From positions 62,001 to 126,000 of the forward strand of contig JAVECO010000043.1 of the NCBI GenBank assembly GCA_051942205.1: DNA of 64,000 nt, read 5' to 3'. Below, one piece after another: positions 21,861 to 35,061 of the stretch. Under the pieces are notes generated by a model, which did not search any database, was not told where the DNA came from, and saw only the letters and a list, made by a program, of their open reading frames with translations. Position 1 is the first letter of the stretch; the number at the start of each line of letters is the position of its first letter. Made by a program: the position numbers and the translations under genes. The stretch comes from Coniocarpon cinnabarinum (taxonomy: Eukaryota).

Positions 21861-22961
21861 ATGCACGCTGCATCATCTCATGACATGGCAACAGAAACAA
21901 TCTTAGTAACAGGTGGATGCGGGTTCATCGGGTACCACGTACTAAAAACACTTCAAGCGCAACATCAGGAATGGAATCTTCACGGACTGAGTCGCAATCC
22001 GTCACGCAACCTGATCAAAGGCGTGCAATATCACGCAGCCGATGTAACCAGCTACGAAGACGTCAGTCGCGTATTTAAGGACGTCTCGCCCACAGCTATC
22101 ATTCACACGGCTTCACCTGCAGCCGTGGGCAACCGAGCTGATGGCAGTTGTTTCCGAACGAACGTCGATGGCACAAGATGCCTTCTTGACTGCGCATTGG
22201 TATCACAGACTGTGAAGGCTTTCGTGTATACATCCAGCGTCCTCGTCGTCGAAGGAAAGACCCATCACATGGCCTCGGAGGGTCTCCCCATCAAGACTGA
22301 ATCGAGTAGATCTGATGACTATTCCAAGTCCAAGGCACTGGCGGAGACGATGGTATTGGCAGCCAATGACTCCACCGGAATGCTAACGGCTTCACTTCGA
22401 TTGCCCTCCACGTACGGTGAGCGCGACGAGCAGAATATAGCCGAAGGCATCAAGGCCTGGCAAAGAGGCGAATCAAAAATCCAAATCGGCGACAATACTA
22501 ACAAATGTGATTGGTTATCCGCCCATAATGCAGCTCAAGCCCACTTTCGCGCCTTGACCGTCCTGTTGACTGAGCACAAAAAACCCCCGGGCATGGAAGA
22601 TAAGAGCGCTGCTGGAAAAGCCTTTTTCATCACCGATGGAGATCCGTTGCCATTCTGGAACCATTTTCGCTTAATCTGGAGGGCAGCTGGCGATTCCACT
22701 TCGGAACGCGAGATCTGGAAGATCCCGCCTTGGGTTGTTATGGGTGTAGCGGCTGTGGTGGAGGCTTGTTATTGGGTTTTTACGCTCGAAACGAGGAAGC
22801 CGAAAGCTCTTAGACGAGATTTGCTTGAGATGACTTTTCTGGAGCGTACTTATTGTATTGACCGGGCTTGTGAAAGACTGGGGTATCTACCTGTGAGGGA
22901 CAGGGATGTCAATGTTGAGGAGGGGATTAGATGGTACCTGGATCTGAATCCTACTCAGTGA
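21861..22961 (+). CDS. 3-beta-hydroxysteroid dehydrogenase / ERG26-like extended SDR (start may be ATG 21885)
   Basis: Rossmann motif ILVTGGCGFIG, plus HTAS, TNVDGT, VYTSS, catalytic YSKSK and AGKAFFITDG.P..FW. Confidence 0.9.
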   Translation: MHAASSHDMATETILVTGGCGFIGYHVLKTLQAQHQEWNLHGLSRNPSRNLIKGVQYHAADVTSYEDVSRVFKDVSPTAIIHTASPAAVGNRADGSCFRTNVDGTRCLLDCALVSQTVKAFVYTSSVLVVEGKTHHMASEGLPIKTESSRSDDYSKSKALAETMVLAANDSTGMLTASLRLPSTYGERDEQNIAEGIKAWQRGESKIQIGDNTNKCDWLSAHNAAQAHFRALTVLLTEHKKPPGMEDKSAAGKAFFITDGDPLPFWNHFRLIWRAAGDSTSEREIWKIPPWVVMGVAAVVEACYWVFTLETRKPKALRRDLLEMTFLERTYCIDRACERLGYLPVRDRDVNVEEGIRWYLDLNPTQ

Positions 22962-23789
22962 TCTAAGTCAAGCTATGACGGTTTGCCAGGGGCGATGGAT
23001 TGCGTTTTGCGTATACTTCGGGTGATATAAGTTCTTTAACAATGGAACCTGCCTGGCTGTGCTTGTATCATAGTTCACGGATACAAATTGCGAGCCATTG
23101 CACATGAAGCAATGGCTTGTTGATCCTAAGAGTCAAGTCGCAGTCACGCGCGTGGAGATCGGATTGTGGCGGCTCCGCCACCAGCACTCTCCGTCTTCTC
23201 GTAAGTCTCTTACATGTGCGATCTTACCTCATGATCTCAGCAACGGCCTCTCAGTCTCTTCTGAAGTGGCTTGCTGGGAAAGCCTGCATAAGAAGGGAAA
23301 GAAGTACAGGGCAGTCAAGTTACGTCTTGCACACAGGACCGGTCATGTGCCTGGGACTACGGCACGCCACAACACGTGCCGCACATTGAGTAGTGCCCTT
23401 CTTTGCACCCACCTTCTGCTCTTGAAATATCTAGTATCCTAGACAATCTACCATACGTCTGCTAGCAAATCCCTGTTTGTCTACGGATGCTATTATGCCC
23501 ATGAAGCGAACCTGACGTTGGCTGGACTAATCTTGCTGTGGACGTAATCCGTGTGGCGGTCGTAGTGGAAAGGTGGATGTGAGATATGATGCATGTACCA
23601 TCAATGGCGTGAGATGTTAGACGGGAAGACGTGAGAAGGAAACGGCCACCCGAAGGTCTGCCTGTCAATGTTAGAGGTTGTGCACTAGCTCTCGCATTAG
23701 AGCTCGTGTTACTGTCAGAATGGCCCCGTGCGTCCGAGTAAGATGTAAAGCGTGAAGTGTCTTCCACGGTTTCGTGTGAAAGTGAAATG

Positions 23790-24930
23790 GTGACCATTGT
23801 TCCCTTGCGCAGTACGGATGCTCAACAAGGTCATGCAACTCTGTCCATTCGGACGGCCCCTTGGTCTTCTCAGCGAAGTGTATAGCGCAACGGGAGCTAC
23901 TGAGTTTCTTTAGATGTCTGGGGAATCAGTTCATGTGCAAGTCGGTACTGTTTTCTATCGCCCATTCTTGCTTGTTCCATTGCATACACTTTGGCTTCTT
24001 CGGTCGGTCCCTCAAAATCTTGGAGGATCAAGCTGCCGGCAGGGACGATGTGTTTGACCCGAGTAGGTATGTTCTCCATGTTGTGACCACTGCTGCCTCC
24101 GACGTCCACAAGGAACACCCAGCGAGCAAGCCGTCAAGAGGGTAGAAGTCGGCGAGGCTCGGCTTGCTAGCATTGTACGCCACCATTCACCTTTTTGAAA
24201 ATCCATCCCAAGTTTCGGGTCTGAAGAAATTCTGTCCGCCCTTTGCGAGTTGGAAAATTGATGTCGCCGCGTTGTGAGGATTCGCATAATGGTTGTTAGC
24301 GAGATACTTCGGGAGGATGTTAAACCCTGGAACGTTGGTGTCCATGCTGCATTCTGTAAGTATCCTGGACGCCTACGCGTGCGACACACACACATGCCGA
24401 CTGCTTATACTCATATATGGTGGAAGCACCCTGGTAGTCCAGGAGCCGCAAGTGACGACGTAAACGCCGTCATCTCATAAGTGTCTTTTCTAATTTCATT
24501 AAGAATGTTGGTAGCGTCAAGCTGCCTTAAGATGCGGTCTATCCATATCTTAGTATTGTGTGATTGGGCAAGGGGTGGGCGAGATTGTGAGCAATCACTA
24601 CGCACGCATAAGTCTCGGCCCGACCCCTACCAAATCAGCAAGCTCTGCCCATTTCTTCGCTTCACCACCGATGTTCGCGCACTTCTTGGACAATCTGAGA
24701 TCAATGCACACTTTGAGAATGGCGCTGAGTGCGGGTAGTATCCATCCAAGAGCGCAAGTCGTCTCCCAAGGTGTCTTGAGGCGGGGAGTAGTTTGGCAGC
24801 GGCAAATCTGGCGTTGGATCGCTTGGTCTCATCCTTGAAGGTGTCGCAGTCGAACTTGTTGATGTACTCAATAAAGTCATGACTAGAATGAGCAATTCAG
24901 ATGGCGATTCTGATTGTGCGAATGGCACAG
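23790..24930 (-). pseudogene. Degraded SAM-dependent O-methyltransferase (Methyltransf_2 type)
   Basis: Fragments in different frames: winged-helix-like RILRQLDATNILNEIRKDTYEMTAFTSSL; SAM motif LVDVGGSSGH...LILQD; C-terminal EKTKGPSEWTEL. Frameshifts and stops separate them, and the usual HDFF/LHDW segment is not found. Confidence 0.7.
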
Positions 24931-25977
24931 AACATGATGTCCCTGTAAGGGAGGCAGCAGTTCCTCAAATAATGTTGTGTGGATTGTGATGTTATATCGG
25001 GTGCAGCGTCGAAGTGATGTTGATTCCTCGACAAGGCGTTTAGCTTACATGCTGGGAGATGTACTCTGAACAACAGCTAATTTGCGTTTCACAAACGGCC
25101 GAAAAATGCCGTGTGATCGTATGCCTAGATGTCAGCAGCTACAGTTGTTGCCGGACGCGGGTCATCTTCGCACATGCATGCTCCGCACTTCGCTCGGCGG
25201 CGTGTGTACTTACTTGATATCGAGCTGTTTGAGGACCAATCACCACTTTAGCCGTGGTAATTTTTACATTACTCGACGGAGCGCTACCTCAAGAATCACA
25301 GTCCATCAGCATATGCACCACAAAGCTGCGCCGGCAAGTCTCTTCGGAACGCTAAAGTGTGGTGCAAAAGTTGGCGGCAGCCCTGCGTCAGTTCACTGTT
25401 CCTCGAAAGGCTTTGCAAGGGCGTGCATCGTATCTTGCTTACTTGGATAATATTTTGCAAGCGTCCAGAGCTCAATGTTTTGGTTACGTGAGCTTGAGCC
25501 AGTCTTCAGTGCAAGACTGCGTAGGCGAAAACACTACCTAGGTATATGCAAAGTTTTGCAACCCGTGTGTATTACGTCACCGCTTATGCCAGCGCGAGCG
25601 GACCGACACATAACCCGTCTGGTGCAGCTAGCTCCACGGCTTGAGCATTTAATAATATTTTCCCATGAATCGCAGTCTATGTTGCTGACGATCAAAGCTG
25701 CGTCCGCATGGCGTACGAGAGTAAGTAAGAGATCGTGAGCAGTAGTCGATTCTACGGCCGTAGCGCCGGTAGTCTCTCCGGATAAGAGTAGGTAGTCTTT
25801 CGGCTGCGGAGTCTTATGCTGCGACATAATTTTTGTTACTCTCCAGAAGTACCCAGAGGGATGTGATTTCATGGGGACGGAGCGCTGTTGCCTTGAGTTG
25901 CAACCCCTCACAGCTTCTAAGGGTCAATGGCAAGCCGACAAGTCTGCAGCATGTTGTCTAGTGGTCTTTGAAAGCCG

Positions 25978-27147
25978 CTATGTCAACCCCCTTAACAGCT
26001 TTCGCACGTCTTCCAGGGCATCTCGAGCACTCTCCTGCCCCACAGCGAACACTCTCTCCCGCATTTCCTCCGCCCATCCTCCGTTCACGAACCTTTGCAC
26101 CTTTCGTTTATGCGGGCTAAACACCTCTGAAAGTGTGCCCATGTTCAGCACGATCGCCGTGAGTTCGTGACGAGTTTCTGAAAAGGATGGAGGGAGGGAG
26201 AAGCGGGGTCTGCTTGACTGTGAGGGACGAACAAGTGAAGTGTCATGAGACGGCGACAGTCGCGAGTGACTACTTGTAGTAGGGATGGTGGATCTGTGGG
26301 AAGGTAAAGAAGTACGTGCTTGAAAGTTTGGCTTTGGTGTGAATTGTGGTCGCGATTCTGTCTCGTGGCTGGACAAAGGACGTCTTGGTGTCCCTGGACG
26401 ATTGGTGGTGTTTTTCATGAGAGGAAGTGTGTCCGGTCTCAAGGGCACATGCCAGGCTGAGCGTGCAGGTGCAGGAGTGACGAAGGTGGGAGGGTTCCTG
26501 GGCGGCTGCGCAGATGGAGGCGTGGACGCATTGGTGAGCCGTGCTGGTCTGTTTTCACGCGGTGGATATTGCGAATGGTTTGAGCAGTTATTTTTGGCTG
26601 GTGTTGTAGGGTGATTGTGAGCAATCGATGTTGGCGGATTGTTCTCCTGTTCTGACGGCTCACTGTCTATAGTTACATTGGAATCATTTCCTCGTTTGAG
26701 AGGTATGACTTCAAAATTCGCGTGCGTCAGCTTCGTCAATTTTGCGGGTCGTTCCTGTCCTGGAGAATCCTTCTCTTGCTGCAAATTAAGAGACTGAGGT
26801 CTCCTCAGAAGTCGCGGTGGTTTATTCGATGTGCATGTGGACTTCGATGACGTGAAAGCATCGCCCAAGTCGATCCAAGACTGCCTTCGACCCCTAACTT
26901 TCTCCTTTGCATTTGCGAATGCTGACACTGGTTCATGCTCTCGGCTGGTACCCGAGACCGCATTACTTGCGCGCTTTTGCTCTCCCACTTGTTCTACAGA
27001 CCGGTTGAGAGGCTCACGACTTCGATCCTGGCCGCTCACGAACGCCGCTGGGAGGTTCTTATCACGGGTCAACTTGCGTCGTGTGAAAGGTGGGGTGGAT
27101 GACGTCGACGGAATGTTGAATCGAAAGGATGTGGCGGCTGAAGTCAT
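25978..27147 (-). CDS. Hypothetical P/S/T/R-rich protein; 3' end probably spliced further
   Basis: 389-aa ATG-initiated ORF with an ordered C-terminal block FSPHKRKVQRFVNGGWAEEMR. Confidence 0.65.
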   Translation of the reverse strand: MTSAATSFRFNIPSTSSTPPFTRRKLTRDKNLPAAFVSGQDRSREPLNRSVEQVGEQKRASNAVSGTSREHEPVSAFANAKEKVRGRRQSWIDLGDAFTSSKSTCTSNKPPRLLRRPQSLNLQQEKDSPGQERPAKLTKLTHANFEVIPLKRGNDSNVTIDSEPSEQENNPPTSIAHNHPTTPAKNNCSNHSQYPPRENRPARLTNASTPPSAQPPRNPPTFVTPAPARSAWHVPLRPDTLPLMKNTTNRPGTPRRPLSSHETESRPQFTPKPNFQARTSLPSHRSTIPTTSSHSRLSPSHDTSLVRPSQSSRPRFSLPPSFSETRHELTAIVLNMGTLSEVFSPHKRKVQRFVNGGWAEEMRERVFAVGQESARDALEDVRKLLRGLT

Positions 27148-27632
27148 GTTGACTCATGCTGTTGAGTGTATGCATGTACATCTTATGTGGTGTCCAGACT
27201 CATCGCAGGTGCTCCAAGTCCGATTGTAGAGCTTAGACTTCGAAGCATGCTGCGGGAAGAAGGCTGGGGCGAACAGACGCGTGAAGTGTGATGACGCCGT
27301 GACGCGCTCCAGCCGCGACGCACGTGACCTGGGTTCGTTCACGCTTTGTCTTCTTTCCCCCCTCTTATTATTTGGTTTTCAGCATCGGCAAGAGGACGCA
27401 CGACGGGATTTAGCAACCCATGCACCACAGCACCAGCTCAACGAGACTGCTCAACTGATCATGCGGTCATACAGGGCGGCATAACGCTGAAGGATCCAGT
27501 CCCAATGATCATACTTAGGCGATGGCCTTCATATTACGCACACACTGGTCATGCAAGCCATGTCGAGTGACGCCTCTTCTATATGTACACGCTTCCTTCC
27601 GAAAGCTAGCGCCTCGCGCTGGGAAAGCCGGC

Positions 27633-30600
27633 CTATTCAAATTTTCCGCCTCCCACGCGACTCAAGCCTCTTGTTCCACCAAATGCTTTCCCAATTTTTA
27701 CCCTCTTCGATTTTCTTTCAGTCTCCATCCTTTCCACCTTCTCACGCCTCTCTGCTTCACGGACATGGAAGTTGACACTGCTCTTCTTGCTGCCTCCCAT
27801 ACGCACTCCCTCCTTGCTTGCACCCGTGATTCCAGCGGCCGCTGACTTCTCAGCCAAGCTGCCCTCAGTGGAACTCATGCTTGCGTTAGTGGTTGCTCGC
27901 CGAAGTAGAGATGGAATCTTGAAGCTGGCATTATTGTCCGACTTAGCTTGAAAAGCGAGCCTCGTTCCAGCACTGGCGCCCTGGGTTGTCGAGGACGACT
28001 GCCGTTTCAGCGCCATACGATCAATGACGGTGGCTTTGGATGTTGATGGTGTTGTTCGCCGATGTCTGGGAGGTGAGGGTATCTTCTGAGGCGGTGTTCC
28101 GTCTGGTGAGCCTTCACGAGACCAGTGACTATCCACATCAAGATCCGAATCATTTTCTTTGTCGGAATCACTAGCTATAGGTGATTGCAGACGCTGGCCG
28201 GCAGTTGAATATGCGCCGCGCACCGCGCCTTCTTGCGAGTCTGCAATAACATCCACATCGTTCTCCGAAGGTTCATCAAGGAGACTTGAGAGGGTGCGCC
28301 GGATGTCGAGAGTAGATTGGGGTCGAGCATTGTTTGTTCGACGGCTTTTAGGTGGCGGCATGGCTTCGGCGTCTCGGTGCGACTGATCATCTTCATGTAC
28401 CTCCTGGTTGTCAGAATCGCTATGCCTTTTCCGTTTGAGGCTCGACCCATCCGATTCGTCATGATGCGTCTGGCTTTCTGGTCCCGGTTCGCCCTCATCG
28501 AGAAATGTGACTTCGTCATCGCCAGCAAAATCCTCGACTGCCGAGAGAAATGCTTGTCGCTTCGGATTGTTGACTACTTCGACGAGTTTCCCATTGTCCG
28601 TGAGAGCTTTGCGTTGTCTGGCCTCTTTCCGTAAGCGTATGGCGCGACGGCGGGCTTCTCGCTCGTCATCGTCATCCCAGTCGAGCATATTAGCACCATT
28701 GTCACGTTGCCGTCTCAAAGCACCTGTAGTGACGTCACGGAAGAGCTTTGTCACGTCCTTCTCGTCTTGGACGCGTTTCCACTCACTGTGTCACATTAGC
28801 ATTTGCGCTCCCAATACCGTTGAGCATGTTGCTATACGCACGCATGAAATTCGGCAGCCTTGCCCTGATTGACATTCAGTCTTGTTTCATCGTCAATGAG
28901 TTTTTGCATGTCTTCATCCATCTCGCTACCACTGTCATCATCACTTGCACCTCCAAGCCCAGCATACTCATCTTCTGACTCCTCAGCCTGTTCTTGCACC
29001 ATGTCTCTTGCCTCACTCTTATTCTTGTCATACTCCGCACTTCTTAGAGTTTGCTTTGCGCCTTTGCTCAAAGCTGAAAATGCGTTCTCTGACAATGATT
29101 GCTGAGGTGCGGATCCAGTATTCACTGACTGATCTTCCTTTGAATCCGATGATTGAACTTGAATTTCGGATGGCAAGCGGCCCCGGCGTATATGGCCTTT
29201 ACGTCTTGCGACGGGAGAGTCAGCCGCGCTCAAGAGTACAGTGTCGATTGTACAATACGAATCAGCTGGTAACGCCTCTTCACCGCGACTCAAGGGCGAA
29301 TCTTGACCCTGGAAACCAAAATCTTGAGTGGCGTCGAACATTGGCGATGGTTGGTCATTCGACGAGATTGTTTGTGGTTCTTTTGGTACATTTGTGGCTC
29401 TTGCAGGAGTCTGCTGTGTGAGTTGTTCGTCCTGAGAATCGTGAATCGCGCTATCTTCGCTCTCTGCGAGTGTGTCGCCGAATGGGAGCATTTGCGCCTG
29501 TGGTACACCTCGCAAAAAGGCTAACGAGTCTTGTTGACTGTCCAGGGTGTCTTCCTTGCCTTGTGTCTGTGTCTCTGCCATAGTACCTCCCCATAATTGC
29601 GACAATCCCAGGGCTGGCGATTTTGCTTGTCCAAAGCCAAATGCTTGAACGATTGAAGTTTTGGATCCAGGCGTTTTAGTAACAGCAGGTGCTGGAGTAA
29701 CGGGCTCACCTCCTTCATCAGAGTCATCCTCTTCGATCACTCTACTTTTCCGCGACTGCCGGACCTTAGGACCGTCTTCTCCAAGATCGGCATCTGGCTC
29801 TGACAGGTGATCGTCGCTAAAGTCCTGGTCTAAAGACCCGCCTTCTTCGTCAGATTGTTCCTCAGCGGTATCGTCAATCATTGGATTGTTGTTCTGCTCG
29901 AGACGCTCCTCATAAGCGTCTACCAACTTGTGATCCTCGTCTGCGTCTTCGTCGTCGGCTTCGTCAGCTTCGTCAGCTTCGTCGTCCCTCTCATTGTCTT
30001 CCTGATTTTCATCTTGGTCGGACTGACCAAAAGCTTGAAGGCGCTCTTCATCCTCGGAACCAGAGAAAGCCACTTCATCTTCATCACCATCATCGCTCGG
30101 TCTGAAGTCTTCATCTTCTTCACTATCGAGTGGGTCATGCTGATCACCCTGACCAGCACGCTTTGCAGTCTCCTTCTCTCGTTTCGCAAGCTCGGCGTTC
30201 TCTCGCTGGGCCTTTTCAATCATGCTCTCGATCTGCATCTGATTCCGCTCTTTTTCTTCCGCAGACTCGACGTACCTGCCTTTGTCTTTTGCTTCTTGTA
30301 TCTTTTCTAGTTCCGCAAGTTTCGCCTGTTCACGTGCTCGCCGTGTCAGCACTGCATTCAGCTCAGCAGGCTTTAACGATCCTTTTAATCTGCGCTCATG
30401 ATTTCTATCGTTGAGATGCGCCAAAGCTCGCAGTGCAAGCAGCGACTGATGCTCAGTCGACTTTGCTAGGCGAATATCATCAAGAGCTGCGATGCGATGT
30501 GACTTCGATTTCGAGCCAATGATTTCGAGATCATCATCATCTGAGTCGGCCGGCTTGGTTTGCTTTTTTGACTTCATAAAACGTCGCAGGCTTGGTTTGG

Positions 30601-31876
30601 CCTGACTCTCTCCGGTGGGACGGTGTGGATGCCTGTTCGGCTGTGATCGAGGTGACGAATCGAGCGCTTTCGAAGCTGGGATCGATGAACGCAATTCCTC
30701 TAGGCTGGGTAAGGCGGTGTCCTCATCTAGATCCTCGGGTGGTCGAAAGCCAGTCTGCTGCTTCCCACTCGCGGCCAGACTGGGTGGACTGCTTGGTGGT
30801 GTTTCGTTACCCATGGCCTGTTCAACTTCTGATGCACCTTGGGTCGGGCTAGATGAACTCAGCAAGGGCAATTGCTGAGCTGGTTCAACGTCAGCCACTC
30901 GCGGTTGCCTGAAATTGAATTTCTTGAAGAGGCCTTCAGTGGTGAACTTTGTTTTCGTTTGTGCTTGGCGCGTCAGCTGCATATTTCGACTGAACCTTTG
31001 CGTCTCCTTGTTCATCTCCGCCAAGGCCTTCTTGCTAGCTTTGCGGGCTGGTCTGGAATCTGACTTATTGCCCATGCGATCTGCACCCCTGTTGGCATTT
31101 GAGTGTTGGCGGCGTGCTGCATGCCTAGATGTTTGGACGCTCTCCTTGTCGTGTGTTGCGGTAGGCTCTTCTTCACTGTCTGATGAATGTTGCGCAGCCA
31201 GCTCGCGCTCTTCCCGTTCCCTCCGCTTTCTTGCTACAAGCTGCTGTAATCGACTCCGGGTATCTGACATGGCGATGTCATCTGCACGATCAGAGTCCGC
31301 ATCGGGCTGATTGGGTGATTTAGTAGGTGAGACGAAAAGTCCAGGAGAGGACTGGCGTGAGTATGAGGGCGTCAGTGAATGCGATATAGGATTGGAACGC
31401 CGCGGCAAAGGCGACGACGGACTCTCCGAACGGCCATCCTTCGGACTGGGTCTTGCACCCTCGGGGTTTTGGTTGGACTGGCGTGAGAGAAGCTGTTCGC
31501 GAACGCGTTCATAGGCTCCCAGATCCTGTTTTGCATGGCTGTCGTCTGGGTCGTCCAAAGTTTCAGACCGTTCTGCGGCCTTGATCGTGGCTGCTGGCCC
31601 ATCATCTGTTTCGTCATTTTCGAAAAGCTGAAAAGGTATTTTCGCTCTCCTTGATGATATTCCAGGAATATCGGATTGCTGAGTTTGACTGTGACCGGGC
31701 TGTAGCTCTTTGTTGTGATCGCCAGCAGATTCATCTTCATCGGCACTGTCATCGTCAAAAGCACTCAACATACGCCGCACCTTTGACCGTGGAGTGAGCT
31801 GTTCTGATGCAGTGTGTCCATGGCCAGTAGGAAACGTCGTTGATTCAGGCGACGAAGACGGAGACCTCGATGCCAT
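27633..31876 (-). CDS. MRC1: Mediator of replication checkpoint Mrc1/claspin-like; complement(join(27633..28785,28842..31876))
   Basis: MRC1-domain signature MVQEQAEESEDEYAGLGGASDDD, RKASKKAL.EM..ETQR..RNMQL, acidic tracts and SQ/TQ-rich region. 56-nt intron GTGCGT..GCTAAT..CAG. Confidence 0.9.
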
Positions 31877-32896
31877 CTGGAGACACCACGGCAAGTTGTC
31901 AAAGAAATAATTCTGAACTTCAAATCACACAGTGGTCAGGTTCCAGAGGTCGCGTCCGAAAACGCGTATGTAGGGCTCTCGCATGTGAAATTCACATGGC
32001 CCGTGCGCCCACCACGCGTGATGTTCGTGTTATTGACTCTTTCGCATGCACGTGACTCTTGAAGTGCTCTGCTTGAGTCCTTTAAGACTGAGGATCAACT
32101 TCGAATTCTCTCCCGCTGTTGCGGAGTCTTGCCTATCCGCCCGGTATTGCTTGCAGCCGCTGAGCTGCAACCATGAAGAGTGGTCATTCCATCATTTCTT
32201 CGTCTCGCAGCCTCTCTTCGGCAAGCATTCGAGAAGACACCCGGCTCCACCACCGATAATGGTCAAACAGACAGCTCTGGCAACACAGGTGACGGGGACA
32301 GCAGTCAAAACAACGTCTCTCCGCTCGCCAAGCAACTCATGGCAACCTTCAGACGTCTATGTCTGCGTTGACACGCTACTTCAAGACTGAGACTTGTTTC
32401 GCATCTTGCAGTACGTCCAGACGGGTGACAATCTTGCAAAAGGCTCCCGAACGTTTTTCATGCTCCTCCATCGTCGAGCCATGTGCGTCACGTTTTGTGG
32501 TAAAGGAGCACTGCCGGATCGTTGTTGAGTTTTTGAGCACCAGGTGAGGCTCGTTGGTCTGCCGGCGCCATTCAAGGACTCTGGATACTCTGCCATGAGC
32601 TGCGTAAGCATTCCCATCCTCTCCTGCACTAACATGTGCGCTGGACCCCTCATGGCGTTGCAACACCGGACACTGAGCCTCGTTGCCTCTGAATTCCCCA
32701 TCCTCGGAATGTGATCTGCGTTCCGTGCGGTCATCCCAGCCTCGACGAGTCTGACACAAACTTTCCACAGTTCTCTTGGCGGTCTTGTGTCCATCTTGCT
32801 ACGAGGTGAATTCTCCGAGCTTCTGTGCTGCACATATGTACATTAGTAGGGTATCATTAATGAACTCACGACGCGTTTCCTGCGCACAGCTCCGGC

Positions 32897-35061
32897 TCAC
32901 GTGCTTTCTTGGCCCAACCGAGCCAGCTCTTTCGTCAAAAAGTCATGCGCGTTCAAGAGCTCTGTAGACCCGTAGACGACACGGCGTTTCGGACCCTGAC
33001 TGGTACCGCTGCTCCGCTTTGCCCACTCCTGAAGGTTGCCGTACTCGTCCATACTCCCACCGCCGACTGGAAAGACGATGGCTTCATTGAACCCTTGTCG
33101 CTTCTGCCCAAAGCTTGCTTCAATTCCTCGTCCAACGCCATTCAAAGCACTGGGCATTCCGCTCTGCTGGCTTCGCGCTTGGCTTGCACTAGGTATGATG
33201 CCACGTGCATTCGCGTTTCGAGGATCAAAATACAGATAAGTTTCCGTCTTGGCGATGGCGCTTGAAGACGCGTTCTGAGGATCCATGAGTGATTCGGTAA
33301 TCTTCGTTAAGGTGAGGTCTCGATTGGCTGGTAAGAACGTCTTGACTCCGGAAATCAGATTATCGAAGTTCGCGCCGATGCCTGCATCTTTGAACCGATC
33401 TGTCAGACGTGCAGAGATGTTGCTGAAGCCACGAAAAAGGTCTGCAGATGTCGACTGGGGTTGCTGCTGAGCAGGCTGTGTAGACATCATCGTCATCCGG
33501 GAAATCTGTCGCACTTGACGAATGTATGCCAAGGAAGAAGTGTCAACGCCAGTCTCTTTCAGAGCCTCCTCGCACTGCTCCATGTCTGATCGAGACAGCT
33601 CCTGATCGATGCTGAGCACCCAAATGATGAATAGTCGGAGCTTGTCCATTGGTTGTGAACCTTTGTCCTTATCCTTGATGATCTCCAACATTTGGACTTT
33701 TGTTTGTTTCGCAATGGTCTCCTCCAGCTGATAGAAGTTATCGAGCTGCCGAGTCTTGATTCCCTCCATCAAAGCGGAAAGAATCTTCATATGCATATCC
33801 AAGATACTTTTTCTCTCTCTGAGCTCGGGGAGCAGTGTGATGGCGGCTTTGAGATGCTGTGCTGCATTAGTGTCTGCTTGAAGATCCTCAATCGAAGATG
33901 CACCAGTTCCTCTTGTGACTTCATTGGCATCGTCTCTGTACTTTGTCAATTGTGCATCAATATCCTCAGCCACGAACGGAAAAGGCAAGCTGGCGTTTTT
34001 GGCCCAAAAGAAGTCATTTGCTGTGAGGTCATAGGATCGTTTGGTGGCGTTCTTGCCTTGTTCGCCAGGAACTTCGACGGTAATACGGTTGAGGTGCATA
34101 TTCAGTACATCGTGGACCAGGCTTTGGTAGGTCCAGGAATGAGACAGCATAGGCACTATGTCTACATTTCTGTCAACGATGATCAGAACTGGTCGTGACG
34201 CTGTTAGACCTGACGAGGAGGACGGGCGCTGGTTTGATGCTGAAAAAAGATTGTCTTTTGACTGCAGCAAATGATCTCTTAGCTTTCGATCCAGCTTTGC
34301 AGCAATAACTTCTGCGGCTCCAGATTTAGGGCACCGGATTATGGGAATCACTCCCATTGTCACAGCAACACTAAACAGACCACTGACGATTCGGTCAACA
34401 CTGCTATCCATTTGTTCATCTGACGTTTGAGCGCTGTTCATGGTCCAGTAAGTTTCATTGCCCATGCCTAGACTAAACAGGTCTGGCTCGCTAACGATAA
34501 AGTCCAGGTACTGATCGTAGACCTGTGCAATATTCTCAGAGACACCCGCAGTGGCTATTTGCGTTGCAAAATCTTCAAGGACCGGCCTTGGGACAGAGGA
34601 GAGGAAGTTGATGTAGGCAGGAGAGTAAAGGCCGCGAGACAAGTCAGACGTGATGATTTGGACATTCTGCGAGGTTGGTTCCACGAAATACAACACGGGG
34701 ACGTCGGGTATCATGTGCCTTGTCGTGTTCAAGCTCAAATGGATGGTAATCCCCCATGCTCTTAAGTCATTGACGCGTAGTACGCTGCTGATCACATCTC
34801 GACCGAGATTGTCAAACACCAGGACCTTCCAGACGGGGCCGCCTTCAGGATTCAGGAGAGCTACCGTATTTGCAGAATTTTGTTGGCCATTGGCGACCTC
34901 CTGAGATTGCTGACCTTCTCGCGGGGGTTCGACATTGAGATTGAGGATCTTTTCGACAGATGCTGGATGCTGTTAGAGGAGTGAGAAACGTTGGTATCTG
35001 GGAATGATGAATACCAACCAATCTGGCGCGCGCGCAGGCTCTGTAGGGTAGTGTTCGACAT
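32897..35061 (-). CDS. SLY1: Sec1/Munc18 family protein Sly1; complement(join(32897..34962,35019..35061))
   Basis: WKVLVFD..GRDVISSVLRVNDLR.WGITIHL, RPVLIIVDRNVD..PML.HSWTYQSLVHDVL and VGGG...EY.NL. Confidence 0.97.
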
